Part shown: piece by piece, positions 1-14,243 of the stretch
How positions within the stretch are numbered: position 1 is the first letter of the stretch
Layout: each line of letters opens with the position of its first letter
Notes under the pieces: model-generated
Database searches by the model: none
What the model was told of the DNA's origin: nothing
What the model saw: only the letters and a program-made list of their open reading frames with translations
Position numbers and translations under genes: made by a program
From: the human T2T-CHM13v2.0 reference genome, Homo sapiens
Length of the DNA stretch: 64,000 nt
NCBI RefSeq assembly: GCF_009914755.1
Contig: NC_060938.1
Reading direction: 5' to 3' (one strand)

Positions 1-163
1 AAACAAATAACTACAACGTTTCTTTATAAGTTCATTCAGCTTTACATAATTAATTCTTATTCTGTTGAAACTTGAGTTAACTGTCATGAAGAGGTTTTTT
101 TTTTAAATAAAAAAACTAAAATGAGTTTTGGAAATCTGGAGTCAGTCTACAGGTTTGATATAA

Positions 164-469
<306 letters not shown>

Positions 470-772
470 TGATCTAAAAATTGTCTAAATGATGTTACAT
501 CAAAAGCCTATATCCAAGTATATGCTTTGAAGTATTAATAGTTTGAAATATCTGGTACAATCGTTTTTCATGAGGCTTTGAGACTGTCCTTCTTTATTGA
601 AGACACAAATTGTGGCCTGTAATTTATAGCAGAGTCTTTAGGCAAACATTAGAGTAGAGCAAAAACTATCTGTAGGTGACAGAGCTTTAAAATGACTGTG
701 GTTAGTTTATTACCAATAATTTTCAAATGTGAAAGGTTATGCAGGCTCATGATAAGAATAATGCAACTTACA

Positions 773-1080
<308 letters not shown>

Positions 1081-1236
1081 GCAACTTACAAAGAAATTTG
1101 GTTATTTCTTCAACATATACAACCAGATAATAAAGTCATCTCCAATAATTTTTAGATGAAATATCTCTAAAGATAATGATTAAGCCTATTTCAAAGAAGA
1201 GAGTGAATATTACTTACACTGATAAAAATGTTTGAA

Positions 1237-1528
1237 TTTTTTTTTTCTTTTGAGACATTCTGTTGCCCAGGCCGGAGTACAGCAGTGTGATATCGGCTCA
1301 CTGCAGCCTCAACACTCTGGGCTCAGGTGATCTTCCCACCTCAGCCTCCAAAGTAGCTGGGACTACAGGCACGCACCACCACACCCAGCTAGTTTTTGTA
1401 TTTTTAGTAGAAACAGGGCCTTTCCATGTTGCCTAGGCTGGTCTCAAACTCCTGTGCTCAAGTGATCCACCTGCCTCAGCTTCCCAAAGTGCTGGGATTA
1501 CAGGCTGAATGAGCCACTGCACCCGGCC
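1237..1528 (-). mobile_element. Alu (AluJ-type)
   Basis: reverse Alu with gctcaagtgatcc and cagcctcaac AluJ-type diagnostics. Confidence 0.9.
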
Positions 1529-2164
1529 TGAGCATGATTTTTATCGAGGATGACACCCAGAATATCAGAGAGCTGGCATCTTTTCTAGCAGAGGTATAGG
1601 CTGTAAAAAAACAAAGAACTTCTTGGCAGGAGTGATTCATAAATTAGATGTGATTTTGGGGAGCTCCTTTTGTAGACTGTTGGTTCTGGAAGTTTCTGTT
1701 GCACCAGAGTGGTTGTGGTTTGTTTAACGGTTCATATGTTATTAGCAAAACTCTTCCAAGATTGCAGAAGCTGCCCAAATCACTCAGTTAGAAAGAACAA
1801 GACATAATGTGGTAACTCCCCCAGAGATCAATCCATGGACTGAACCCATGGCTATGCAGGGCCTGAACAGGTAGAAATCTAGATCAGAGAACTACAATGA
1901 TTAGAGAGGGGGAACAAGGATCATAAGAATAAAGTAGCAGGCAGACTAAGAAGGGTTGGGTTCTATAGATTGTGAGCAGGTTTGTGTAGTTCATTTTACA
2001 AATGTGAATTGTGATTCTTAATAATAACTAAAAATACCTATCTTATATATTCAAGATTGTTTTCGGAATCACTGGTAACCAATTGTTCTCTAGGTCCATG
2101 AGGAAATGATTTCACCTGGAACACATTATCAGGGTCTAGGCAGATGCTAAAAAAGAAAAAACAA

Positions 2165-2350
2165 TGGGTGGAAGTCAGCAGATCGGGGCCTCATTCCTGT
2201 TCTGCCACTCGCCACCTATGTGGCCTCAGGCGAGTCACTTAACAGCTTGAGGCCTCAGTTTTATTGTAAAACCAAAGAAGTAATTTGAGACCTTCTTACT
2301 TGGTGGGGAAGTTGTGAGGATCACATGAGGTTACTTATGTGAAAATGAAC
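2165..2350 (+). mobile_element. MIR SINE
   Basis: MIR core-like tctgccact...gtggcctcaggcgagtcacttaac...gcctcagtttt...gttgtgaggat. Confidence 0.7.
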
Positions 2351-3466
2351 TAAAATGTAGCACCATCTGTTTAGGTCCCCAGAAAGCCCAAACAGCACTT
2401 TCATATGAATGAGAAGAAAGGCTCTTCCTCCTGGTGAAGTCAACTCAGCGCTAGTTTGTACAGTTTGTTTACAGAGTATAGGTTAGGTTTTCATTTCTAT
2501 TTACCCCCTTTGCTGGCTACCCTTAAGCAAACCATAATCTTCAGAAATGTTTCTGTAAGAAGAATTATACTACATAATATCATAAGAAAGCCTTTTCTAG
2601 GAAGATGTTTAATAGGCTAGGTCCCTCTGTGTTTGGTGGGTAGACTGACGCTATGATCTGCACACAATTGAGCACTCTGGGATCCTGATGGAAGACCGTG
2701 CTTAGATATTGGGTCATCTCAAATAACATGGCAGTTTCTGAAAAAGTGCCCCCTCTCCCACCACAGACTTTGTTTATCTGGTGGGCATGTGAACGACAAA
2801 AACCGTAGGAAAAAAGATAATGGCTTCTTTGGGACCCACAAGAAAAGCATTGTTCAGTATTCCTTCCCTTCTGCTGTTCCCATGTCTCGCATCCCAAGAG
2901 AGACCTCATACCTGGAAAGCCTCCATCCCACAGCTGAGCTGGATTCTTATATCCAGTCAACTGGAGCAGCTGCAATTGCAGAATTAAGGAAAAACTCATG
3001 TGTGCACAGTGTAGCGAGACACTAACCATTACTGATTGTTTCAAACCGCTGGTTCTCAACCACGTCACCAGATCCAACCTTTCATAGCAAACATGTTGTT
3101 TCCCTTTTACTATCCTGAAGTGTAATTCATAGATAACATAACACATTTACACACATAAACCTAGGTGATCTATTCTCAGTCTTAGCACTCAAACTATTGC
3201 TCTAACAAATATTTTCTTTCACTCCTGCATTACGCTTTTCCTCTCTACTGTGTCTTTACTATCAACAAACAAGCTATTATTTCCCCCATCTTAAAAACAA
3301 ACAAAACAAAGTTAAAAAAGAATCTCTGGACACTGTCATCCAGTCTCATGTCTTTAGATACATAACCATATGCCTTTATGTCTCTTTATGTCTCAAATTT
3401 ATATTTCCAGACTAGACTCTTCAGAACTCCAGATTGCTGTATCCACTATGTCCAACTACCACTTGA

Positions 3467-3796
<330 letters not shown>

Positions 3797-4125
3797 AACT
3801 TGTAGTTTCTATAGACATGTTAAACTTAACGTCAACATGGGGTTGAGTTGGGTGGAGGAAGATTGCAAAGATACACACCAACGTGTAAATAACAGTAGGA
3901 TGAGGGTCTTGTGTGTGTATTTGTGTGTTTCTATATACTATTACATAAAACTTCTATAATGAGCATTAACATTTTGAAAAACTTTTTATTTTGAAATAAT
4001 TATAGATTCACAGAAAGTTGCAAAGATGGTACAGAGAGTCCCCATGTACCTGTCAACAGTTTTCCCCAGTGGTTATATCTCACTTAAAGAGTACAATATC
4101 AAAACCAGGAAATAAACATTAGTGT

Positions 4126-4127
<2 letters not shown>

Positions 4128-4158
<31 letters not shown>
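4128..4158. repeat. (TG)n microsatellite
   Basis: about 15 TG units seen directly. Confidence 0.95.
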
Positions 4159-4160
<2 letters not shown>

Positions 4161-4649
4161 TTACAAGTCATTTTATTGTGTGTTTATTCCTGTAACCACC
4201 ACTGCAATCAAGATACAGAACTATTCCATCACCACAAGGATCTCCCTGGTGATACCTCTTTGTAGTCACGCGTATATCCCTATCCCCATGATCCTTGACC
4301 CTGCAACTATGAATCTGTTCTCCATGTTATGTAAATGGAATCATACAGTACATGGCTGCTTGATGATACATTTTTTTCATTTAGCATAATGCCCTTGAGA
4401 TGTATCTAATTTATTGTGTGTATCAATAGTTCATTCCTTTTTACTGCTGAGTCATATTCCATGGTACATGTACCATGGTTTGCTTAATGCATCACCCATT
4501 GAAGAACATTTGGATGGTTTCCAGGTTTTGAATATTATGAAGAAAACTGCTATTTTATTTCTGTACAGGTTTTTATGTGAACATATGTTTTCATTTCTCT
4601 GGGTTAAATGCCAAGGAGTGCAATTGCTGGGTTGTATGGTAAGCATACA

Positions 4650-4885
4650 CAGTTAGACAGAAGGAATAAGTTACAGTGTTCAATAGCACAGCAGGATGAC
4701 CATAGTTATCAATAATTTATTGTATATTTCAAAATGATTAGAAGATTTGGAATGTTCTCAACACAAAGACATGATAAATGCTTGAGGTAATGGATATCCC
4801 AATTACTCTGACTTGATTATCGAACATTGTATGAATGTATCAAAACCCCACAAATATGTACAACTATTATGTATCAGTAAAAAAA
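4650..4885 (+). mobile_element. L1MA-type 3' end nested in the older antisense L1
   Basis: agttagacagaaggaataagtt...aataatttattgtatatttcaaaat...tatgtacaactattatgtatcagtaaaaaaa matches an L1MA 3'UTR end. Confidence 0.75.
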
Positions 4886-7353
4886 GGAATCTGACAAACT
4901 GTTTTACAGAGTGGCCATAACATTTATATTTTCACCATTAATGTATGCGTGTACCCAGTTTCTCTGCCTCCTTGCCGGCAGTTGGTATTTGCGCTATTTA
5001 TTCTTTTAGCCATTCTGATGGATGTGCAGTGACATCTTGTCACTCCAGATCTCTGAAGTTCTGTCTGCAATTCTGTCCTCTCTGGTACTGTGCTCTGTGA
5101 ACTCCAGTTGCCTTGGCTTCCTTGGACCCCCAGTTTTATCTCCTCAGCTCAGGAAGACTGGCGGACTCTGCCTGGGTCTCCCTCTCTGTGCCACAGCCTG
5201 AAAACTCTTTCTAGGAAATAAGCTGGGAGAATTGTAGGGTTCAGTTTTAACATCAATCTTTTCTACCCCTATCTCTTTACACCTATCTATCTGTCTGTCT
5301 ATCTATCTACCTATCATTTATCCACCATCTATTTATTTATCATAAATTTTTCTTAACTACAAGCCAAGGGTTTTAGTATCAGAACTGCTATTAGTTATCT
5401 GTAGCATTTGGGACATTAACTTACTTGAGCCACTTCTTTGTTGGTGAAATGAGGGTCATCTTATATCAGCCTTCTCATAATTCCTTCTGAGAGATTCCAG
5501 GATACTGGTTGACTCTTCTAGAAGATACAGTGAGCAGTGTTGGTAGCTACGGTCCTTAGTATGTGCTATTTCTAAACAGGAAAATGATATTGATTGGGTG
5601 GGTAATGAGCATGTGTTGGTAATTGCTATGTAAGAGCAATAACAACAACAACTAATACATTTAGCCTTTTACATGCAGTGTCTTATATAATATTTACAAC
5701 AGCCCTGTAAAGTAAGTGCTACTATTATCCAAATTTATTCATTTTTTATTTAAAAAATTTTTTTAGTATTATAAACCACTTTATGTCCAAGAACGATTCA
5801 AATTTAGAAGACGAGAAAACTGTAGCCTAGAAAAAGAAATAAAAATGAAAATTAAAAACCTGTCCAGTCTAAAGGTTATACTTACACAGACTTAGGTTCT
5901 TTCTTTGTATTTAATTAAAGGTTAATTTCAAATGATCTCTAGTAGTAACAAAACTCTTTAGTTATAAAGAAGCAGGTGATGCATGGTTGTTGAATACATT
6001 ACCCCTGCTGACCTTAGACTGCTGCTGGGCTCAGCAGATAATTCTTGATTTTCTCTTCACATTGCAAATAGACCTCACCAGAATAAATGGGCAGAATAGA
6101 CACCAAAGAGGGATAGCGCAAGCAAATGTGAGGGTGAAATGCAGTCAGTGCCTTGCAAAAGGAAGTGCTCAATACTGGTAGTCGGTGTCATTGCTCTTAC
6201 TGCAAATTATAAACACCAGCACTGCAAAAGTCAGCCCAGTAGACTTTGTAAATCACAGAAGTGGCTCCTAGACCACCATTTGAAAAATTCTGCCTGAAGG
6301 ACTAAGGAAAACATCTTCTTTTATTTTTATTTTATTTTTTTATACCACAGTTTAGGAAAACATCTTCTTAAAAGATCGTGTTTATGTCTACAGATGATTT
6401 TTATAGTGCCTTAACAGTCTCCAGAGTGGTTTTAAAAATATTATCTCAGAATGTCAATTTCAGCTAAAGAAGTGAACCTTAGGATCAACATTGTAACCCT
6501 CCTGGTTTTATTCACCCAGAGTATAGGGACTGATAATGATAATGCTGCTTTGGATAGTCTCCTATCTAGGGCTAAATGATCAGATTTGCAAAATCCAGAT
6601 ATTCTTATGGGAATGTGGTTATTGGCTAGGGGAATGGAAAGAGGGAGTAGAGAGTGGAAAACTGGATAAAGTTATAGGTAAAGATATGTGAAAACTCATG
6701 ATTGTCTCAAATACTCTAAATCTTGTCATAATACACTTGTAAAGTAATAATCATGTTGGAGAGATGGCCAAATAAAGGCCAAAGATCTTGACACTGCAGA
6801 AATTATAGGAGAGGATTAAAGGAAGTACATGTGGCAGATATAAGAAAAGACTAAACTTGAGATTCATGCACAAGGTCAGGCTGCATAAACCACAGGATAG
6901 CGGGTGTAACTCAGGAGCAGAACAATTGATCCATGAAACAAAACTGTCTGCAGTTTCCCAGGCTGGAGAGATTTCCCGTCTTGGATGTCTGGATCTGTCT
7001 CAGTGCCCAGATAGCCTCACTTCAAAGTGTTTGTGGGAACAGAAAGAATTGGCTGAGTGTGTTTGTTCAGTGCTAGGCGGAGGAAGTGAAACGGGGAGTG
7101 GGTTTAGGAAGTAAGTGTGTGTTTAAGAGCACGTGGACCACCAGAAGATAACCATTTTTCTTCAGACTAGCAGCCAGGGCACTGCTCACGAAGAAGGAAA
7201 CCCTGGGAGGGAAGAACTTGGGGAACGAGAGGACACAAGAATCTCTGCAGCTGCTTATGCATGTACGTAAGTCACAGAGGTGTTGGGTGCCTCAAGGAAC
7301 AACATGGAAGTCCTCTCTCTTTTTTAAAATAAATAATTTTTTAATAAATTTTC

Positions 7354-8178
<825 letters not shown>

Positions 8179-8448
8179 CTCCCTCTCCCTCTCCCTCTCC
8201 CTCTCCCTCTCCCTCTCCCTCTCCCTCTCCCTCTCCCTCTCCCTCTCCCTCTCCCTCTCCCTCTCCCTCTCCCTCTCCCTCTCCCTCTCCCTCTCCCTCT
8301 CCCTCTCCCTCTCCCTCTCCCTCTCCCTCTCCCTCTCCCTCTCCCTCTCCCTCTCCCTCTCCCTCTCCCTCTCCCTCTCCCTCTCCCTCTCCCTCCCCTC
8401 TCCCTCTCCCTCTCCCTCTCCCTCTCCCTCTCCCTCTCCCTCTCCCTC
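8179..8448 (+). repeat. (CCCTCT)n hexamer array of the SVA, about 45 units
   Basis: 35 perfect units 8181-8390, a CCCTC pentamer 8391-8395, 8 more units, final CCCTC. Confidence 0.98.
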
Positions 8449-9060
8449 CACGGTCTCCTTCCACGGTCTCCCTCTGATGCCGAGCCAAAGCTGGACGGTA
8501 CTGCTGCCATCTCGGCTCACTGCAACCTCCCTGCCTGATTCTCCTGCCTCAGCCTGCCGAGGGCCTGCGATTGCAGGCGCGCGCCACCACGCCTGACTGG
8601 TTTTCGTACTTTTTTGGTGGAGACGGGGTTTCACTGTGTTGGCCGGGCTGGTCTCCAGCTCCTAACCGCGAGTGATCCGCCAGCCTTGGCCTCCCAAGGT
8701 GCCGGGATTGCAGACGGAGTCTGGTTCACTCAGTGCTCAATGGTGCCCAGGCTGGAGTGCAGTGGCGTGATCTCAGCTCGCTACAACCTCCATCTCCCAG
8801 CCGCCTGCCTTGGCCTCCCAAAGTGCCGAGATTGCAGCCTCTGCCTGGCCGCCACCCCGTCTGGGAAGTGAGGAGCGTCTCTGCCTGGCCGCCCATCGTC
8901 TGGGATACGAGGAGCCTCTCTGCCTGGCTGCCCAGTCTGGAAAGTGAGGAGCGTCTCTGCCCGGCCGCCATCCCATCTAGGAAGCGAGGAGCGCCTCTTC
9001 CCCGCCGCCATCCCATCTAGGAAGTGAGGAGCGTCTCTGCCCGGCCGCCCATCGTCTGAG

Positions 9061-9139
9061 ATGTGGGGAGCACCTCTGCCCCGCCGCCCTGTCTGGGATG
9101 TGAGGAGCGCCTCTGCTGGGCCGCAACCCTGTCTGGGAG
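9061..9139 (+). other. RNASE10: Candidate SVA-derived coding first exon of RNASE10 (MWGAPLPRRPVWDVRSASAGPQPCLG+G)
   Basis: ATG at 9061, 26 open codons +1 nt, donor GAG|GTGAGG at 9139/9140; phase matches acceptor CAG|GCAAAATG at 13588. Confidence 0.6.
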
Positions 9140-10845
9140 GTGAGGAGCGTCTCTGCCCGGCCGCCCCGTCTGAGAAGTGAGGAAACCCTCTGCCTGGCAA
9201 CCGCCCCGTCTGAGAAGTGAGGAGCCCCTCCGTCCGGCAGCCACCCCGTCTGGGAAGTGAGGAGCGTCTCCGCCCGGCAGCCACCCCGTCCGGGAGGGAG
9301 GTGGGGGGGGGTCAGCCCCCCGCCCGGCCAGCCGCCCCGTCCGGGAGGTGAGGGGCTCCTCTGCCCGGCCGCCCCTACTGGGAAGTGAGGAGCCCATCTG
9401 CCCGGCCAGCCGCCCCGTCCGGGAGGGAGGTGGGGGGGGTCAGCCCCCCGCCCGGCCAGCCGCCCAGTCCGGGAGGTGAGGGGCGCCTCTGCCCGGCCGC
9501 CCCTACTGGGAAGTGAGGAGCCCCTCTGCCCGGCCAGCCGTCCCGTCCGGGAGGGGGGAGGGGGGGTCAGCCCCCTGCCCGGCCAGCCGCCCCGTCCGGG
9601 AGGGAGGTGGTGGGGGTCAGCCCCCCGCCCGGCCAGCCGCCCTATCCAGGAGGTGAGGGGCGCCTCTGCCCGGCCGCCCCTACTGGGAAGTGAGGAGCCC
9701 CTCTGCCCGGCCAGCCGCCCAGTCCGGGAGGGAGGTGGGGGGATCAGCCCCCCGCCTGGCCAGCCGCCCAGTCCAGGAGGGAGGTGGGGGGTCAGCCCCC
9801 CGCCCGGCCAGCCGCCCCGTCCGGGAGGGAGGTGGGGGGGTCAGCCCCCCGCCCGGCCAGCCGCCCCGTCCGGGAGGGAGGTGGGGGGGGTCAGCCCCCC
9901 GCCCGGCCAGCCGCCCCGTCCGGGAGGGAGGTGGGGGGATCAGCCCCCCGCCTGGCCAGCCGCCCCGTCCGGGAGGTGAGGGGCGCCTCTGCCCGGCCGC
10001 CCCTACTGGGAAGTGAGGAGCCCCTCTGCCTGGCCAGCCGCCCCGTCCGGGAGGGGGGAGGGGGGGTCAGCCCCCCGCCCGGCCAGCCGCCCCGTCCGGG
10101 AGGGAGGTGGTGGGGGTCAGCCCCCCGCCCGGCCAGCCGCCCTGTCCGGGAGGTGAGGGGCGCCTCTGCCCGGCCGCCCCTACTGGGAAGTGAGGAGCCC
10201 CTCTGCCCGGCCAGGACCCCGTCTGGGAGGTGTGCCCAGCGGCTCATTGGGGATGGGCCATGATGACAATGGCGGTTTTGTGGAATAGAAAGGCGGGAAG
10301 GGTGGGGAAAAAATTGAGAAATCGGATGGTTGCCGGGTCTGTGTGGATAGAAGTAGACATGGGAGACTTTTCATTTTGTTCTGTACTAAGAAAAATTCTT
10401 CTGCCTTGGGATCCTGTTGATCTGTGACCTTATCCCCAACCCTGTGCTCTCTGAAACATGTGCTGTGTCCACTCAGGGTTAAATGGATTAAGGGCGGTGC
10501 AAGATGTGCTTTGTTAAACAGATGCTTGAAGGCAGCATGCTCGTTAAGAGTCATCACCACTCCCTAATCTTAAGTACCCAGGGACACAAACACTGCGGAA
10601 GGCTGCAGGGTCCTCTGCCTAGGAAAACCAGAGACCTTTGTTCACTTGTTTATCTGCTGACCTTCCCTCCACTATTGTCCTATGACCCTGCCAAATCCCC
10701 CTCTGCGAGAAACACCCAAGAATGATCAATTAAAAAAATAAATAAATAAATAAATAAAATTTTCAACTTTACAAACAAATGTGATAATAATTCATGGAAC
10801 TCATGAATATTCTTTATCCAGGTACATTATTTTTTTAAACTTCCC

Positions 10846-10846
<1 letters not shown>

Positions 10847-10884
<38 letters not shown>

Positions 10885-11170
10885 GAGATAGATTCTCACT
10901 CCGGTTGCCCAGGCTGGGGTGTAGCAGTTGGATCATGGCTCACTGCAGCCTCAACTTCCTGGGCTCCAACCATCCTCCCACCTCAGCCTGCCTGGTAGCT
11001 GGAACTGAAGACACACGCCACCAAGCCAGGCTAATTTTTTCATATTTTTTGTAGAGATGGGGTTTCACCATGTTGCCCAGGCTGGTCTCAAACTCCGGGA
11101 CTCAAGTGATCCACCTGCCTCGGTCTCCCAAAGCACTGGAATTGCAGGCATGAGCCACTGCGCCCAGGCC
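10847..11170 (-). mobile_element. Alu (AluJ-type) with (TTTA)n tail
   Basis: reverse Alu consensus, gatcatggctcactgcagcc. Confidence 0.92.
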
Positions 11171-11382
11171 CCCTATTTATTTTTTATCATTTTCTCTCTC
11201 TCTCTGTAAACACACACATGTATACATATCCATATATCTATATTCCGAAGCATTTGAGAGTATATTGCATATGTTGTGCTCTTTTCCTGCTTAATATTTC
11301 AGTGTGCATCTCCTAAGAAGAAGGATATTTTCTTAAACAATCAGGGTACAGTTTTACATTCAGTATATCAAATACATATATA

Positions 11383-12031
11383 CAGTGATTCTCCCTACCC
11401 AAAGTTTCAGTTACCCATGGTCAACGACGGTCTGAAACTATTAAATGGCAAATTCCAGAAATAAACAATTCATAATTTAATGTTGCATGCTGTTCTGAGT
11501 AATGTGATGAAATCTCTCACCGTCTCACTCCATCCTGCCTGGGATGTGAACCATCCCTTTGTCCAGCGTGTCCATGTTGTAGACACCACCCACCCATTAG
11601 CTACTTAGTGGCCAATATCAGATGCACCGTCACAGTATCTCAGCGCCTGTGTTCACATAACCCTTATTTTACCTAGTAATAGCCGCAAAGTGCAAGAATG
11701 ATGATGCTGGCAATTCAGACACGTCAAAAAGAACCCGTAAAGTGCTCCGTTTGAGTGAAAAGGTGAAAGTGTCTCAACTTAATAAGGAAAGGGGGGAAAA
11801 ACATGCTGCAATTGGTAAAATCTACAGTAAGAAAGAATCTTTTATCTGCAAATTTTGAACAGTATATTGTTATAATTATTCTATTTTATTAGTTGTTGTT
11901 AATATATATTACTAATTTATAAATTAAACTTATGTAGATATGTATGTATAGGAAGAGAACAGTACATATAGGGCCTTAGACATTCACTGGGGTCTTGGAA
12001 CATATTCCCTGTGGATAAGGGGGACTGCCAT
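11383..12031. mobile_element. TcMar-Tigger DNA transposon (Tigger2/MER28-like)
   Basis: gtttcagttacccatggtcaac...ggtctgaaa...attccagaaataaacaattcata and terminal ggggtcttggaacatattccctgtggataagggggact. Confidence 0.75.
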
Positions 12032-12192
12032 AATACTCTTATCTACTACAGAGATCATACTTTTATCAATTGCCTCAATAATGTTCTTCATAGCAATTTT
12101 TTTTTTTTCTGGCAGGGAATGTGTCTCTTTGTTAAGGGGATGAGACTGGCCTAGCAAGACAAAGATGCATGCTCAGCTCTCCTTAGGATCTT

Positions 12193-12467
12193 CTTTTTTT
12201 GAGACAGAATCTCACTCCGTCACACAGGCTGTAGTGCAGTGGCACCATCTTGGCCTTCTCACGGGTTCAAGCAATTCTCGTGTCTCAGCTTCCCCAGTGG
12301 CTGGGACTACTGGTGCGTGGCACCATGCCGGCTAATTTTTGTATTTTTAGTAGAGATGGGGTTTCACCATGTTGGCCAGGCTGATCTTGAACTCCTACCT
12401 CAGGTGATCCACCTGCCTTGGCCTCCCAAAGTGCTGGGATTATAGGCAGAAGCCACCAAGCCTGGCC
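12193..12467 (-). mobile_element. Alu (AluS-type, small internal deletion)
   Basis: reverse Alu consensus; degenerate TSD tccttag(g/a)atctt. Confidence 0.9.
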
Positions 12468-12965
12468 TCCTTAGAATCTTTATGAGTAGGGGAACCCCCA
12501 GCAGGTCAATTGTTTGATTTTCTTTGGTTTCATTCTTATTCCATTTCTTCCCTGAGAGTATAAACCTAATCAGCAAGACTACTCAGATGTTAAGAGATCT
12601 TTAATAGTAGAAGGAATCTGGCTTAACAAGATGTAGCTTTAGCAGGGGCCTGAGATGTAAAGTTGGACATCTTCCCTCCAGCCTCAGCTTAGGAGTAAGA
12701 ATGGACTGTGGTACTTTTTCTATTCCTTTTTATCTTTTGTGGGGAAGGTGGGTAACAAGAAGAGTAATAGATATTTGAATAAGCAAAAGCAAATTTGGGT
12801 TAAAAATAAAGAGATGGTCTTCTGTGGTAAATCTAGTCCTATATTGACAATAAGGCTTTCTACAAGAATTTCCCTAAAGGAGAGTGTGACACTGTACACG
12901 CTTGTCTTCTCAATCATTCTCTGGTTATTTGGCACAAATTTCTGTTTAAGAATCAATTGATGTCA

Positions 12966-13259
12966 GGGGCATGGTGGCTCACACTTGTAATCCCAGCACT
13001 TTGGCCAAAGTGGGATGATTAATTGACCGCAGGAGTTTGAGACCAGCCTGGGCAACATAGCGAGACTCGTCTCAAAAAAAAAAAAAAAAAAGAGCTGGGC
13101 ATGGTAGTGTGTGCCTGTGATCCCAGCTACTTGGGAGGCTGAAGCAGAAGGATCACTTGACCCTGGGAGATTGAGGCTTCAGTGAGCTATGATGGTGCCA
13201 CTGTACTCCAATCTGGGTGACAGAGCAAGATCCTGTCTCAAAAGGAAAAAAAAAAAAAA
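12966..13259 (+). mobile_element. Alu (AluJ-type)
   Basis: Alu dimer with pure-A linker; perfect 18-bp TSD aagaatcaattgatgtca (12948-12965 / 13260-13277). Confidence 0.93.
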
Positions 13260-13547
13260 AAGAATCAATTGATGTCAACTTTCCTCACTGATTTCCCATA
13301 TGTAAATTACCTCAGAACTGCTTCCCTTGGTCATCTCCCTACTCTTCAAGAGAAGAAACATGAGGAAACTTCCACATTTTATTACACAGCAACAGGGAAT
13401 GTGGTGGGGAGGAACAAGAGAAATGGGAATGGAAAGAGAAATCGCTGCCTTGAAGAGGGTAGAGTAATGTGCAGAAGACACAGGAGACCCCAAATACAAT
13501 GCTGTAGGGCTTAGTGAGATTACAGTCTCTACTAGAGCCAATTTTGA

Positions 13548-14243
<696 letters not shown>

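Larger units (their letters stand above)
3982..5250 (-). mobile_element. Old L1 (L1M-type) antisense fragments, interrupted by a sense L1 3' end
   Basis: ttttattttgaaataattatagattcacagaaagttgcaaa is the reverse of an old L1 3' terminus; further L1 3'UTR/ORF2-like text follows. Confidence 0.75.
8179..10756 (+). mobile_element. Full-length SVA retrotransposon (SVA_E-like)
   Basis: (CCCTCT)n head 8179-8448, antisense Alu-like domain about 8450-8850, GC-rich VNTR about 8850-10230, SINE-R about 10230-10730 ending aaacacccaagaatgatcaat, A/(TAAA)n tail; ctcattggggatgggcc and gccgggtctgtgtggatag variants recalled as SVA_E-type. Confidence 0.97.

Noticed and set aside
2580-3146. 188-aa minus-strand ORF
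   Set aside because: No recognisable domain, no convincing start or splice context; probably chance.
8850-10263. Long Pro/Gly/Arg-rich ORFs and an array of repeated ~37-50 bp units resembling a CRISPR array
   Set aside because: This is the SVA VNTR: units are tandem with no unique spacers, there are no cas genes, and GC-rich repeats lack stops by composition.
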